Shown: positions 39,810-49,892 of the stretch, one piece after another
Position numbering within the stretch: the first letter of the stretch is position 1
Layout: each line of letters starts with the position of its first letter
Origin: Methanomassiliicoccales archaeon PtaU1.Bin124
Lineage (GTDB): Archaea > Thermoplasmatota > Thermoplasmata > Methanomassiliicoccales > UBA472
Length of the DNA: 64,000 nucleotides
Assembly: GCA_002067865.1 (NCBI GenBank)
Contig: MVRC01000012.1
Span: 166,474-230,473 of the forward strand
Direction: 5' to 3'
Made by a program: the position numbers and the translations under genes
The notes under the pieces: generated by a model
Seen by the model: the letters and a program-made list of their open reading frames with translations, nothing else
Database searches by the model: none
Told to the model about the DNA's origin: nothing

Positions 39810-42692
39810 TTACTCCGCCGGTTCCCTCTCCTGGCTCTGGAACAGGCCCATGGCCAGGTAAGCGGTGATCAGTATCACGGCCAGGATGACCGCGTCCCAC
39901 AGGACGACGTCGATGCCCCAGCCCTGATATCTCAGGCCGCTCTGCTTCAGTATGGTCATCCAGGAGACGTAGTAGAGGACGTTCGCCGATACCAGGCCGA
40001 CCACTAGACCGGCCAAGGACGGGATGGCAAGCTCCCTCAGCATCGTGCCCTGGCGCTGCCTTTTCCTCATCCCCAACGAACGGAGCAGACCGGTCTCCCT
40101 CTCCCTCAGCTGGGAGACATGGAGCATCTGTGCGACCAGGCCGGCCGTGAGCGAGAAGGACGTTGCGATCAGCAGCGAATCGAACATCCTGGTCCATTCG
40201 GTGATGCTTCTGTCGACCCAGGCCTTGGTGCTGCCGATGTCGATGACCATGAGGTCGGCCGGGAAGACCACGCTGCGCAGCATGTCCGACTGGACCATGG
40301 CGTCCAGGCCGTCCTTGTAATCGATGGCGATGATCGTGGGGTGGGTGACGTTCATGGCCGAGGAGACCAGACCGCTGCCGACGAACACCGCCAGCAGGAA
40401 CCGCTGCCTGGTGATGCCGACGATGGTGACGTCGGACGCCCCGCCCGTTTCGTTCATGATGCGGACCTTGGAGCCGATCCCGGCCTTCTCCCCGGGATGG
40501 AGCAGGTCTGAGTAGGAGTTGACCATCTCCGAATCGACGATGGCCAGGGTGGTGTTGGTGGAGACGGCGTTCCACACCTCCTCCTCGCTGGTGAAATTGG
40601 CATGGTCGTAGTTGGTCAGGCCCAGGCCGAACGTTCCTATCAGCGATCGGTCCATGCCCACGACGTAGTACTTCATCCCGCCCGATGTGATGTTGCCGAC
40701 CGGATCGATCAATATGCGCTGCAGGCCGGCATAGATCGGCGTGACCGCGCTGATGTTCGCCGACCACAGCACCCCGTTGGTGTCGTTCACCATCTTCCAG
40801 ACATCGGCATCGGTCTGGCCCAGATCGGGCCGGAGGACGACCGCGTCGATGCTGGCCGCCCCCTCCTGGAACTGCGCGTCGATGTTGGTGCGGGCCATGG
40901 CCAGCATGGACGAGGACAGCGAGGTGATGAGGAAGAGGGCGGCGATGGAGAGCACGATGATGGTGCGCCTGGAACGGTCCTGGCGCAGATGCTTGATGGA
41001 GAGGTAGCGGGAGGCGGTGCATCCCTTCAGCTGCTGCAGGACCCACAACGCGCCTGCCGCAGAACGTTCCAGCAGGAGGGAGGCGGCCATGCCCAGGCAG
41101 ACCAGCAGGACCCCGGCCAATGCCAGGAGGGTCGGCAGGCCCGTATCCATCCATCCGTCCCGCACGCCTATGACGAGGACGATGATGAGAACGAAGGAGG
41201 CGGAGGTCCAGTAGAGGGAGGAGGCGCGCAGCCATCTGACCATGCCGGTGATGAGCAGGAGGACCGCCAGCGATGGGAAGGTCAGTTCGTTCCATCCCGC
41301 CGCCAGGCCGATCGATGTGATCGCCAGGACGATGAGCAGGGCGGCGATGATTATGCCGTCCGCGATCTTCCTCCCGGACCCCTTCTTGATCGGGAGGAGA
41401 GAGACGGCCAACGCCGCCATCAGGGTGCATCCCAGCACCGAAAGGCCTGTCAGCGCCAGCGTGGTCGGGCGGAGCACCAGGCCGACGTTGAAGATGTACC
41501 CGGACGGCGCTCCATCACCTCCGATCAGGAAGAGGAGGAAGAGCGTCGAGGCGGCGAGACCGATCGTCACCCCTGGCAGGGCGCAGACGATGCACTCGGT
41601 CGCTCTCATCGCGGCGATCTCGCCCCGCTTCAGCCCGAGCGAGCGGAAGACCCTGGCGTCCCGGTCCCGGCCCTGCTGGGCCACCGTGATGAACCCCACC
41701 ACGATGAAGATGCCGGCCATCATGGAGAACCCTCCGACCGATCCCAGAGCGGTCAGCGGAACGGCGTAGTCGTCGTGGGCCTTGGCCATCTCGATGGCGC
41801 TGTTGTCGTAGACCCCGAGGCCGAGCGTCGAGAAGGTGGCGTTGAGCACCTGCCCGGTACGTTCGCTCGATGCGTGTACATCGTTTCCATCGGCATCGAT
41901 GAGGATGCGGTTGAAGCCCCAGTGTGACTCGCTGACGAGGTTGGTTACGGTGCTGGAGCAGAAGATGGTGGCAGCCGAGGCGGAGAGCTCCCCGATGCCC
42001 ACTTCCTTCACGATACCGATCACGTGCAGCGGCACGGTGATGTTGCCATAGTGGATGAAGACATAGTTGTCGACGGTGACGGGGATGGTCTCGGTGAACG
42101 CCCGGTTCACCAATACCTCGTCCCCCTCCATCTCCCGGTCGAAGTGACCGCCCGAGTACGTGGTGAAGCCGCCGAAGTGTTCCACCGCATCGCCGTACAT
42201 GGAGATGAGCTGGACATCGGGGGAGAAGCCGACCAGGTTGCCCCCGACCGCCGGCGCCGAGACGAAGGCGGCCGGGTAGGAAGGCCCGATGGACGATGAG
42301 AGCTGGGACAGGACGCCCTGCAGCTCCGAGGTGTTGTAGAAGCGCGAATCGTCGCGGGAGGCGTTGGTCACGGCGATGTCCACCGGACCTAATGCCGCCC
42401 GACCGGACCGGTCCACGAAGTCGACGAGAGAATCGTTCACCAGCAGCGCCGTTCCCACACCGGCCGTGACGACCGCCACGCCCAGCATGATCAGCAGCGT
42501 GCTTCGGCCATGGCGTTTCACCTCCTTCCACGCCTGGCGGTTCAGGTACGATGGCTGCAGCAGGACGAGCGCCAGGATGGCTATGAGGAAGAGGACGGCG
42601 GCGAAGAGGACCAGGCGGAGGAAGGTGCATACCAGCCCGGCACCGATCAGACCGACCGCAGCAGGCACCCTCCAGCCGGTCCTGATGCTCAT
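39810..42692 (-). CDS. FtsX/MacB-like ABC permease with two extracellular domains
   Basis: Duplicated RSLG motifs (FRSLGLKR, LRSLGMRK); ATG at 42692 overlaps upstream TGA; track ORF 5' extension is a shadow. Confidence 0.85.
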   Translation of the reverse strand: MSIRTGWRVPAAVGLIGAGLVCTFLRLVLFAAVLFLIAILALVLLQPSYLNRQAWKEVKRHGRSTLLIMLGVAVVTAGVGTALLVNDSLVDFVDRSGRAALGPVDIAVTNASRDDSRFYNTSELQGVLSQLSSSIGPSYPAAFVSAPAVGGNLVGFSPDVQLISMYGDAVEHFGGFTTYSGGHFDREMEGDEVLVNRAFTETIPVTVDNYVFIHYGNITVPLHVIGIVKEVGIGELSASAATIFCSSTVTNLVSESHWGFNRILIDADGNDVHASSERTGQVLNATFSTLGLGVYDNSAIEMAKAHDDYAVPLTALGSVGGFSMMAGIFIVVGFITVAQQGRDRDARVFRSLGLKRGEIAAMRATECIVCALPGVTIGLAASTLFLLFLIGGDGAPSGYIFNVGLVLRPTTLALTGLSVLGCTLMAALAVSLLPIKKGSGRKIADGIIIAALLIVLAITSIGLAAGWNELTFPSLAVLLLITGMVRWLRASSLYWTSASFVLIIVLVIGVRDGWMDTGLPTLLALAGVLLVCLGMAASLLLERSAAGALWVLQQLKGCTASRYLSIKHLRQDRSRRTIIVLSIAALFLITSLSSSMLAMARTNIDAQFQEGAASIDAVVLRPDLGQTDADVWKMVNDTNGVLWSANISAVTPIYAGLQRILIDPVGNITSGGMKYYVVGMDRSLIGTFGLGLTNYDHANFTSEEEVWNAVSTNTTLAIVDSEMVNSYSDLLHPGEKAGIGSKVRIMNETGGASDVTIVGITRQRFLLAVFVGSGLVSSAMNVTHPTIIAIDYKDGLDAMVQSDMLRSVVFPADLMVIDIGSTKAWVDRSITEWTRMFDSLLIATSFSLTAGLVAQMLHVSQLRERETGLLRSLGMRKRQRQGTMLRELAIPSLAGLVVGLVSANVLYYVSWMTILKQSGLRYQGWGIDVVLWDAVILAVILITAYLAMGLFQSQEREPAE

Positions 42693-43540
42693 CCCTCCGT
42701 CTGCGGCAGCGATAGGCCCCATCCGAACCCCTGCCACATCGCCCCGTCCTCGCGGAACATGGGGCCAGGCGGCCCCCTCCTTCCCAGCAGATCGCCGAGA
42801 TTGCCGGCCCACTCGCCCCATCTTCCCTCGTAGGTCAGAACGGTGTGATCGAAATCGACCATCTTGAAAACGCAGGCCTGTTCGTTCTCTGCCCTGGCGG
42901 TGAAGAACATGGCGTGGCTGCCCAGCTCCACGTGGACCGTCACCGACCCATCCACCTTCTCCAGCGAGGACCACATGGCCTTCTGTCCGGAATGATGCTG
43001 GCTGACCATGGCCCATTGCGGCACTTGATACTTGTCGAGCATCACCTGGTACATCTCCCAGTCGCCCTCGTGGCGGTTCATCTGGCCGTAGTTGAAGGCG
43101 TAGAAGAACCAGTACTGGATGATCGTGCCGGTGCCGCTGTGGGTGATGGCGACATAGGAGAGCGGCATGCTGCCGTTCCAAGCGTAAGAATCGATGATGC
43201 CGTTGTCGTCCAGCCCGCCTGCCTTGCAGTCCAGGTAGCTGTACGAGGTGGAGTTCACGAGACCATCGAACGTGATGTTCTCTTCGACCAGAGTTGGAAC
43301 ACCCGTCCGCATGTTCCACAACGAGCAGTTCTCCATGTATTCGAGCGCATCCATCGGCCGCAATCTCTCGTCCGGAGAGAACATCAGCACAGGGCAATAG
43401 TAGGACGCAAGTTCTTGATCGGTCATCTCAGAAGAAGGGACGGGAGGAGAAAAATTCAGGATGAGGGCCAGGCTAATGACCGGAGCTAGGAACACGAACG
43501 CCCTCTCCGGCCACCCGGCCCCCTCCCGCGCCATGCTCAT
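42689..43540 (-). CDS. Secreted Vps62-related protein
   Basis: Signal anchor; IQYWFFYAFN...HEGDWE...SQH...GSHA...GRWG...GP. Confidence 0.8.
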   Translation of the reverse strand: MSMAREGAGWPERAFVFLAPVISLALILNFSPPVPSSEMTDQELASYYCPVLMFSPDERLRPMDALEYMENCSLWNMRTGVPTLVEENITFDGLVNSTSYSYLDCKAGGLDDNGIIDSYAWNGSMPLSYVAITHSGTGTIIQYWFFYAFNYGQMNRHEGDWEMYQVMLDKYQVPQWAMVSQHHSGQKAMWSSLEKVDGSVTVHVELGSHAMFFTARAENEQACVFKMVDFDHTVLTYEGRWGEWAGNLGDLLGRRGPPGPMFREDGAMWQGFGWGLSLPQTEG

Positions 43541-43569
43541 CGCATGCGCTTCCAGGGATTTATACCGGT

Positions 43570-44916
43570 CTACTTCCTCCTCCGCAGGAAGAGGAACGCT
43601 ACGACCAGGAACACCGCCACTGCTGCCACCACCACTATGAGTATGATGGTGGTGCTGTCGATGGAACCGCCACCGGTGCTCGTCGCCCCGGTGATGTCCT
43701 CGTAGGTGGACCGGTCCGTCACCTGGTGCTCCACGTTGGTGATGCTGGTGTCGGCCGTGGCGACAGGCACAGCATGCAGCGAAAGGATGATCTCGGTCGA
43801 GCCCAACTCAAAGGTCGCGTCCGAGGCGAGCAGGTGCATGTTGGCCGGGTCCAGGTAGTAGGACTCGGTGTCGGAGGTGAGGCCGATGCAGTTCACGTTC
43901 ACGCCGTTCGCGTCAGGCACGTTCTTGTTGCGGGCGTAGGTGACATGGGCGGAGATGCTCTGGTCCGAACCACTGAACTGGCCATGGTCGTAGATGAAAC
44001 CGGAGGTGGCGCCGTTGGTCAGGTCCGCCAGGTTGATCGGGAATCCGGTTATGCCGTACTGTGCCAGGGCCTGGTTGACGTTCGCCTTGTACGCGTCCGG
44101 GACGCCGGTGATGTCGATGCTGCCGGTGATCTGGCCGCTGGTGATCATCGCATCGCTCAGGTACCAATCATCCCCCACGTTCATTCCGGCCGGGACCGCT
44201 ATGAGCGGAGTGTCCAGTGTGGACATGGCGGACAGGACCATGTTGGCGTTGATCCCCGCGTTCACATCGGCGTAGGTGACATTGACCATCGAGTCACCGT
44301 ACGTGTAACCGTACTCGGTCATGGGGAAGTTGGTCAGGGTGATGCTTCCCTTGGCATACGAGGAGGCGCCGATCTTGGCGGAGACGATGGCCATGTCGGC
44401 CTTCTGCACCGTCAGGACGATCGTTCCGTTCGTGGCGGCGGCGAACTTGGCGCTGCCGGTGATGGTCTTCTTGGCCTCAGGCGCGTTCTGGATGTCCACC
44501 TTCTCGGCCGACGGGCTCATGGTCCATGTGTAGTAGTGGCCTGCCACCGGCATGTCCCCGCTGACGCTCTGCGAGAACGAGAGGTAGAGGCTGGCGCCGA
44601 AGGTCACGGTCACGGTGTATGTCGTGGCAGAGACGGCCGTCACTTCGAACACCACGCTCATGTCCATCGAGCCGTTCGCGCTGTGGGACAGGATGGTGGC
44701 GTTGTCCGCGTACGAATCATAGATGGAGTTCTTCAGCCAGTTCTCGTCGATCGAGGAGTACATCACTCCCACGTCCTTGCTGCCGGCCAAGGCCCAGGAG
44801 TCGCCCACGCTCCATGTTGGTACAGAAGTGGCGGCGCTGGCCTGCCCTGAGGCAAGGAAAGGGCATGCGCCCATCATCAATGCTATGCTGATAGCTATAA
44901 GGATCGTCTTTCTCAA
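43570..44916 (-). CDS. Secreted C-terminally anchored surface protein
   Basis: Signal peptide, PTWSVGDSW start, beta-rich body, C-terminal TM plus RRRK. Confidence 0.85.
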   Translation of the reverse strand: MRKTILIAISIALMMGACPFLASGQASAATSVPTWSVGDSWALAGSKDVGVMYSSIDENWLKNSIYDSYADNATILSHSANGSMDMSVVFEVTAVSATTYTVTVTFGASLYLSFSQSVSGDMPVAGHYYTWTMSPSAEKVDIQNAPEAKKTITGSAKFAAATNGTIVLTVQKADMAIVSAKIGASSYAKGSITLTNFPMTEYGYTYGDSMVNVTYADVNAGINANMVLSAMSTLDTPLIAVPAGMNVGDDWYLSDAMITSGQITGSIDITGVPDAYKANVNQALAQYGITGFPINLADLTNGATSGFIYDHGQFSGSDQSISAHVTYARNKNVPDANGVNVNCIGLTSDTESYYLDPANMHLLASDATFELGSTEIILSLHAVPVATADTSITNVEHQVTDRSTYEDITGATSTGGGSIDSTTIILIVVVAAVAVFLVVAFLFLRRRK

Positions 44917-45084
44917 TCATATCCCCCATTAGATGGTATATCATTTTGCAGAGGTCTATTTAAGATATTCTGGAGCGAGCGGTTGTGCAAAAACACGCGG
45001 ACCAGGAATGTTACACAAACGTGCAATGATTTCTCATTTATTGGAATCGGATGAGAAGGTATTCCAATGGCCGATCGTACGGGC

Positions 45085-46111
45085 TCACTTTCTCTTCAGG
45101 GGCTGAACGACCACATTGGGGAGCTGCGAGAGCGAGGAGAAGATGAACGGTCCCTTTCTTACCAGTGGGAGATGGATGTGCCTGACGATGTGATCGGAGC
45201 ACCAGCAGAGGCAGAGGCCGAGGGTGATGCCCCAGGCCAGGAGCGATAACGTTCCGATGATGCCCGATATCGAATGGAAGTAGGTCAGGAGCAGGATGAA
45301 CGCCAGCGTGAACGAAGGCATGGTCGCTGCGTGACGGGAGAAGAAATGGAAGAGGCTGGTCAACGATCTCGATCTGAGCTGCGTGGTCCACCTTCCGATC
45401 TGCAGCAGGACGATGCCTGCGCCGACCGAGCCCAGGAGGAACAGGGCGTATTCGAACGGAGTTGCGGGAGAGAACGATGCCGGGCCGATGAGGACCGCCG
45501 CCGCGGACATCATGCCGGCGCCCATAATCAACGTGAGCGGACCGCTCTCGGATATCTGTAACAGGGGGGAGTGGGAATAGGCGAAGCCGATGTAAAGGAG
45601 AGGCTGGGAGACCAGTGCCGCCCGGACCTGCCATGGCAACGAGGGAAGGACCGTTCCGGCCAGACCCATCAGGACGATCGGGATGAACCGGTACTTCGGC
45701 ATGGAGATGACGATCAGGACGAACGCTAATTCCGCTACGAGGAGAAGCGGCAGGAACCACAGCACCTCGGACATGATGCCGATGGAAGAGGGATCTCCGA
45801 GGACCAGTGCGTTTTGTAATTGATCCGCTCCAAGTCCGTGGGTCGCGATGACGACGGTGCAGAGCGCCAGGTAAGGGATGAGCGTCGATATGGCGATCTT
45901 GCCGATGGTCAGCAGAGGTTCTTCCCTTGCCTTCCGCTCATCGAACAGGTGGCCGATGGCGAGAAGGATGACAGGGAAGGTGAGATAGGAGAGGAAGGAT
46001 GGAGCGCCGCCTACGAGAACATCAAGGGCTGCCAGCGCTGCGGCGGCGGCCAGGGCTGCTTCTGCGGCATAGGGCTTCAGAGGGCTTACGCTCCATTGCT
46101 TCTTTCTTCAT
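45085..46111 (-). pseudogene. Multi-TM membrane protein with an apparent +1 frameshift just after its start
   Basis: Frame of 45085-45774 stays open and hydrophobic for about 110 more codons without a standard start; ATG at 46111 with GGGGTGA upstream is one base out of frame. Confidence 0.5.
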
Positions 46112-46222
46112 AATCACCCCGTGAGGGGGAAGGGGGTTTCGGGGCATAGGAGGAAGGAAACTGCTTCCGATCTCGGGGGGAGGAATGAATGCCAAATGCC
46201 CCGTTCATTGGGAGTTCTGAGA

Positions 46223-46597
46223 TTATACTGGCTTGCAGGAGACCGAGCCGCTGCCATCCAGCATCATGCCCAGCTCGAGGTCGTACGATGCGTTCTCGCA
46301 CGTTCCATCGACCATCTCGATGCGCGCTGTGAGCTTGTTGCGCTCGAAGACGATCTGGGCGTTCTTCACTTTCGATTTGTACATTGAGATGCGCTTTCCT
46401 GCCTGGGTCAGCTTGCGTTCGCAGCAGGTGATGAGTCCGGCATCCTCCAGGAGTTTGATCTTCCTGTAACAGGCGGCGATGGGGATCCCGAGCTTCTCGC
46501 TGAGGTCGAAGGCAGACTTCGGCTTGCCCATGGTGGCGAGAAGGATCTTTGCCGCATATTCTTCTGTCAAGAGTTGTGAGGTTTCTAAAGCTTGCAT
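46223..46597 (-). CDS. ArsR-like winged-helix regulator
   Basis: KPKSAFDLSEKLGIPIAACYRKIKLLEDAGLI...GKRISMYKS; AGGTGG RBS before ATG 46597. Confidence 0.85.
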   Translation of the reverse strand: MQALETSQLLTEEYAAKILLATMGKPKSAFDLSEKLGIPIAACYRKIKLLEDAGLITCCERKLTQAGKRISMYKSKVKNAQIVFERNKLTARIEMVDGTCENASYDLELGMMLDGSGSVSCKPV

Positions 46598-46963
46598 GAT
46601 ACTCCACCTATTGGGACTTCTTAGGTTATCATCGCCGATGAGGGTATATGAAGAGGCCGATGTGATTATCACTTTTGATTTGGTTAGAAACGACGGGCCA
46701 GATGTGTTATCAGGCGGTGGAAATAACGATTCTTGATGCTAGATATCGAAATGTGGAACGATGGCGGAATGCGATTTGAAAAATGGTGAGAATAATTAAT
46801 GATCATTAAAGAGAACAATCGATTTCTGAATAATATGCAATGAGAGATGTCAGATTATTAGTTATTCCTTTTTAATCAAATGGAAGGATAATATTCAAAT
46901 ACTTACTGGGTAAATGATACCTACAAGCCAGGGATTAGCAACCTGACTAGAGGTGAGAATTTC

Positions 46964-47008
46964 ATGGCATTCAAGGACAAGAAGAAGGACGACAAGAAGA
47001 AGAAATAA
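46964..47008 (+). CDS. 14-aa Lys/Asp micro-protein MAFKDKKKDDKKKK
   Basis: GAGGTGA RBS 7 nt upstream; AAG/GAC codons amid AT-rich DNA; followed by a terminator. Confidence 0.65.
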   Translation: MAFKDKKKDDKKKK

Positions 47009-47020
47009 GTTCACAATTAC

Positions 47021-47049
47021 GTGCTGATCTATTCAGCACTCCTTTTTTT
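47021..47049 (+). terminator. Hairpin plus T-tract terminator
   Basis: GTGCTGA-TCTAT-TCAGCAC then TCC and T7. Confidence 0.65.
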
Positions 47050-47119
47050 AAAAAAATGTCTGGAAATAGTACAATCAAAATCCAATTAATTATATTGTAA
47101 TTAAAACATGGCGTTTTAG

Positions 47120-48229
47120 ATGAAAATATTAATGGTCACAGATAAATATTTACCAAATGTGGGGGGTGTAATAAATACAATTAGAGAAATTTCCGAGAAT
47201 TTGGTCGGCACGGGAAATGAGGTAACAATTGTATGTTTCGGAAATCAAAATAAGACCGATTTTATCAACGGAGTAAAAATTTTTTTTATAAAATCCCAAT
47301 TGTCAAAATATTTTTTGGGTTTAAGTTTTCCAATATTAGTTAAAATCAATTCCATAATCAAAGAAGAGAATCCAGATATCGTTCACATTCATGGTTATCA
47401 TACTTTATTATCTCTATCTGCATTAATTCCTTTAAAAACTGGAATAAATATTGTTTTCAGTCCTCATTATCACAAAGTTGGCCACACTCCCTTAAATAAT
47501 CTGCTTCACCATGGATATAAATATATTGGATATGTATTATTTAAAAAATCAAGAATAATATTTACTGGATCCCATTATGAAAAAGAATTGGTGACAACAA
47601 ATTTTCCGAATTTTCAACGCAAGGTAGTTTTGGTACCACTTGGTGTGAAAAAAATTATTATCTCCGAAAAAAAACAAACAAATTTGGATCGAAAAAGGAT
47701 TAATCTATTATTTATCGGAAATTTGATGGAATATAAAGGTATTCAATATATCATCAAATCACTTTCATATTTGATTAAAAAGGGATATTGTCCACATCTG
47801 ACCATAATTGGAAATGGGTCATATAAGAGTGATTTAGTTAGCTTAATTGAGGTAGAAAATGTTGGGAGCAACATAAATTTTTTTGAAAAGTTAAGCGATC
47901 ATGAAATTGAATTAAAAATGTTAGACAGTGATATGTTATTATTGCTTTCGAAAGCTGAAGCATATGGATTGGTCGTAGCTGAATCACTTGGATTAGGAAC
48001 ACCTACAATTGTTAGTAATGCAAATGCGTTGAAAGAGTTCACTGAAATTCCAGGTTGTTTTGGTATAGATATCCCGCCCCGAATTGATGATTTGGCCGAT
48101 TTGATCATCAATACGTTTAATTATTCTGGTCCAGTTGGTCCTGCTGATAAAACAAAAATTCGAACCTGGGACGAAGTCGCCTCAAATTACTTTTTTATAT
48201 ACGAAAGAATAAAATTTGGTGCAAGATGA
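47120..48229 (+). CDS. GT4 family glycosyltransferase
   Basis: P.VGG, PDIVHIH, GNLMEYKG, EAYGLVVAE (EX7E). Confidence 0.93.
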   Translation: MKILMVTDKYLPNVGGVINTIREISENLVGTGNEVTIVCFGNQNKTDFINGVKIFFIKSQLSKYFLGLSFPILVKINSIIKEENPDIVHIHGYHTLLSLSALIPLKTGINIVFSPHYHKVGHTPLNNLLHHGYKYIGYVLFKKSRIIFTGSHYEKELVTTNFPNFQRKVVLVPLGVKKIIISEKKQTNLDRKRINLLFIGNLMEYKGIQYIIKSLSYLIKKGYCPHLTIIGNGSYKSDLVSLIEVENVGSNINFFEKLSDHEIELKMLDSDMLLLLSKAEAYGLVVAESLGLGTPTIVSNANALKEFTEIPGCFGIDIPPRIDDLADLIINTFNYSGPVGPADKTKIRTWDEVASNYFFIYERIKFGAR

Positions 48230-49824
48230 ATATGGTATTTTCTAGAAAGCCATTGAAATTTTTGACAATTTTGATGTTAATACAGATATCATTATTTTTA
48301 TGGATAATCTCCAGCGTATCTATCCATACATTTTCTCCCGACTCTTTTTATTATGTTACACAAATGCCGATAATATTCTGGGTAGGTTTAGCAATTTGGG
48401 CAATTACTTTATCATTCAAGATAAAATGGACAAATTTATTTTCAAAAAATATTAGTCACATTATCGATTTATGTTTATTACTTCTAATAATTTTGTTTTT
48501 GTTTGGTTTACCATGTTTTATTTATGATAACTATCGATTTTCAGATAGCCTTAAAGTTATTAATGATGTTAATAATCTGATAAGCTCTGGTCAGTTTATT
48601 TTATCTGGGGAGTTAAATTATCTTTCATCTGCACCAGGTTTTCATCTTTTTTCTGCGAATATTTCTATTATAACCGATACTTCTGTATTTGATATTGCAA
48701 AATATTATCCGATCTTCATATTTGTGTTAATCTGTATTGTACTTTATTCAATAGCAATATTTTTTTCGGCTAAATACGCGATATTTGCCCCAATCATGTT
48801 TCTAGGTCTCTCTTGGACTCAGGAATACCATTTTGCCCCACAATCTTTTGCCATAATATTATATTCATTTTTTATTTATGTTATCATTAAAAATTGGAAT
48901 GAAGATTCATCTTCATACAAATATATATTAATCATGTTAATAATGATATTTTCAATTACTATAAGCCACTTGGGAACTCCTTTATTTGTCATACTAAATA
49001 TTTTATTCATTATTATTTTATTTTCCATTTCTAAAAAAAGGTCTCATAATCTTACATTGAAAAGTGTTCCTTCGTTCAATCTATTAATATTAAATATTTG
49101 CGTTTGGGTATCTTGGTTAATTTATATATCTGATGGAATAATGAGTTTATTTATCAATTTAGTCACAAATTCAATTAACAATTTGCTCTTGGGCGAAGTA
49201 TCTCTCTCGAATAGTATAGCTTCGAATCCGACTTATGATTTCGTTGTCGTTTCCGATATTCGCATTGTTATTGGTATTATACAAATTCTACTCGGATTCG
49301 CAATGTTATTTTTCTTTAGAAAAAATATCAAGTTGGCAACGATTTTAGGCGGTATTTTCCTTGGATCCTTTTCTTTTGCAATATTGTCGCCCTCCTTAGG
49401 AGGACTTTATTTTGGTCGATCATTTATTTTTTCTTCAATTATTGTATCAATAATGTTCATTGCCGCAATCAAATATTTTCCCCGTCCCTCTACAAAAATA
49501 TTTTTTAATATGATTATTTGTTTTATAATAATTACATTATTCTTAATCCCCGTTACTCATTATGCGGGAGATGGATTGGAATTTATTTCCGATTCGCAGC
49601 TCCAAGAAAAAATGTATGCAGAATGCCTCAATATTTCATTGTACCACCCTACAACATATGAAATATATAATAATATATATGATAATAAATATTATTCATA
49701 TTCTACGGCATTTTATAATTATTACTATCAACGTATGTCCGCTGGAGATATTTATAATAAATATTACATTTTAATGAATCATGACATTATTTATAATAAT
49801 AATGAATTTAGAATATATGATTAG
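48226..49824 (+). CDS. Polytopic membrane protein (GT-C or polymerase-like)
   Basis: About 13 TM segments; PGFH, PQSFA, ISH motifs; in glycan island. Confidence 0.7.
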   Translation: MNMVFSRKPLKFLTILMLIQISLFLWIISSVSIHTFSPDSFYYVTQMPIIFWVGLAIWAITLSFKIKWTNLFSKNISHIIDLCLLLLIILFLFGLPCFIYDNYRFSDSLKVINDVNNLISSGQFILSGELNYLSSAPGFHLFSANISIITDTSVFDIAKYYPIFIFVLICIVLYSIAIFFSAKYAIFAPIMFLGLSWTQEYHFAPQSFAIILYSFFIYVIIKNWNEDSSSYKYILIMLIMIFSITISHLGTPLFVILNILFIIILFSISKKRSHNLTLKSVPSFNLLILNICVWVSWLIYISDGIMSLFINLVTNSINNLLLGEVSLSNSIASNPTYDFVVVSDIRIVIGIIQILLGFAMLFFFRKNIKLATILGGIFLGSFSFAILSPSLGGLYFGRSFIFSSIIVSIMFIAAIKYFPRPSTKIFFNMIICFIIITLFLIPVTHYAGDGLEFISDSQLQEKMYAECLNISLYHPTTYEIYNNIYDNKYYSYSTAFYNYYYQRMSAGDIYNKYYILMNHDIIYNNNEFRIYD

Positions 49825-49892
49825 TTGATATTATTTAACGAATTATAACACAATTTAAATTAATTATTCTGTACCGAAACAAACAAACTATT

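Noticed and set aside
42693-43397. 5' extension giving a 1195-aa permease
   Set aside because: It overlaps the Vps62-like gene in another frame; the ATGA-coupled start at 42692 is better.
1726-44850. Many long antisense or alternate-frame ORFs (e.g. 10354-11766, 8352-9671, 39724-41430)
   Set aside because: Shadows of GC3-rich real genes; no motifs or RBS.
46121-46185. G-rich tract as a possible G-quadruplex
   Set aside because: The fourth G run is about 30 nt away; it is more simply a pyrimidine-rich terminator or leader on minus.
13373-49824. Pyrrolysine read-through at TAG stops (13373, 19571, 20488, 20928, 25384, 43570, 49824)
   Set aside because: Each TAG is at a natural C-terminus and is followed by a quick stop, a terminator or another gene; no split domain was seen.
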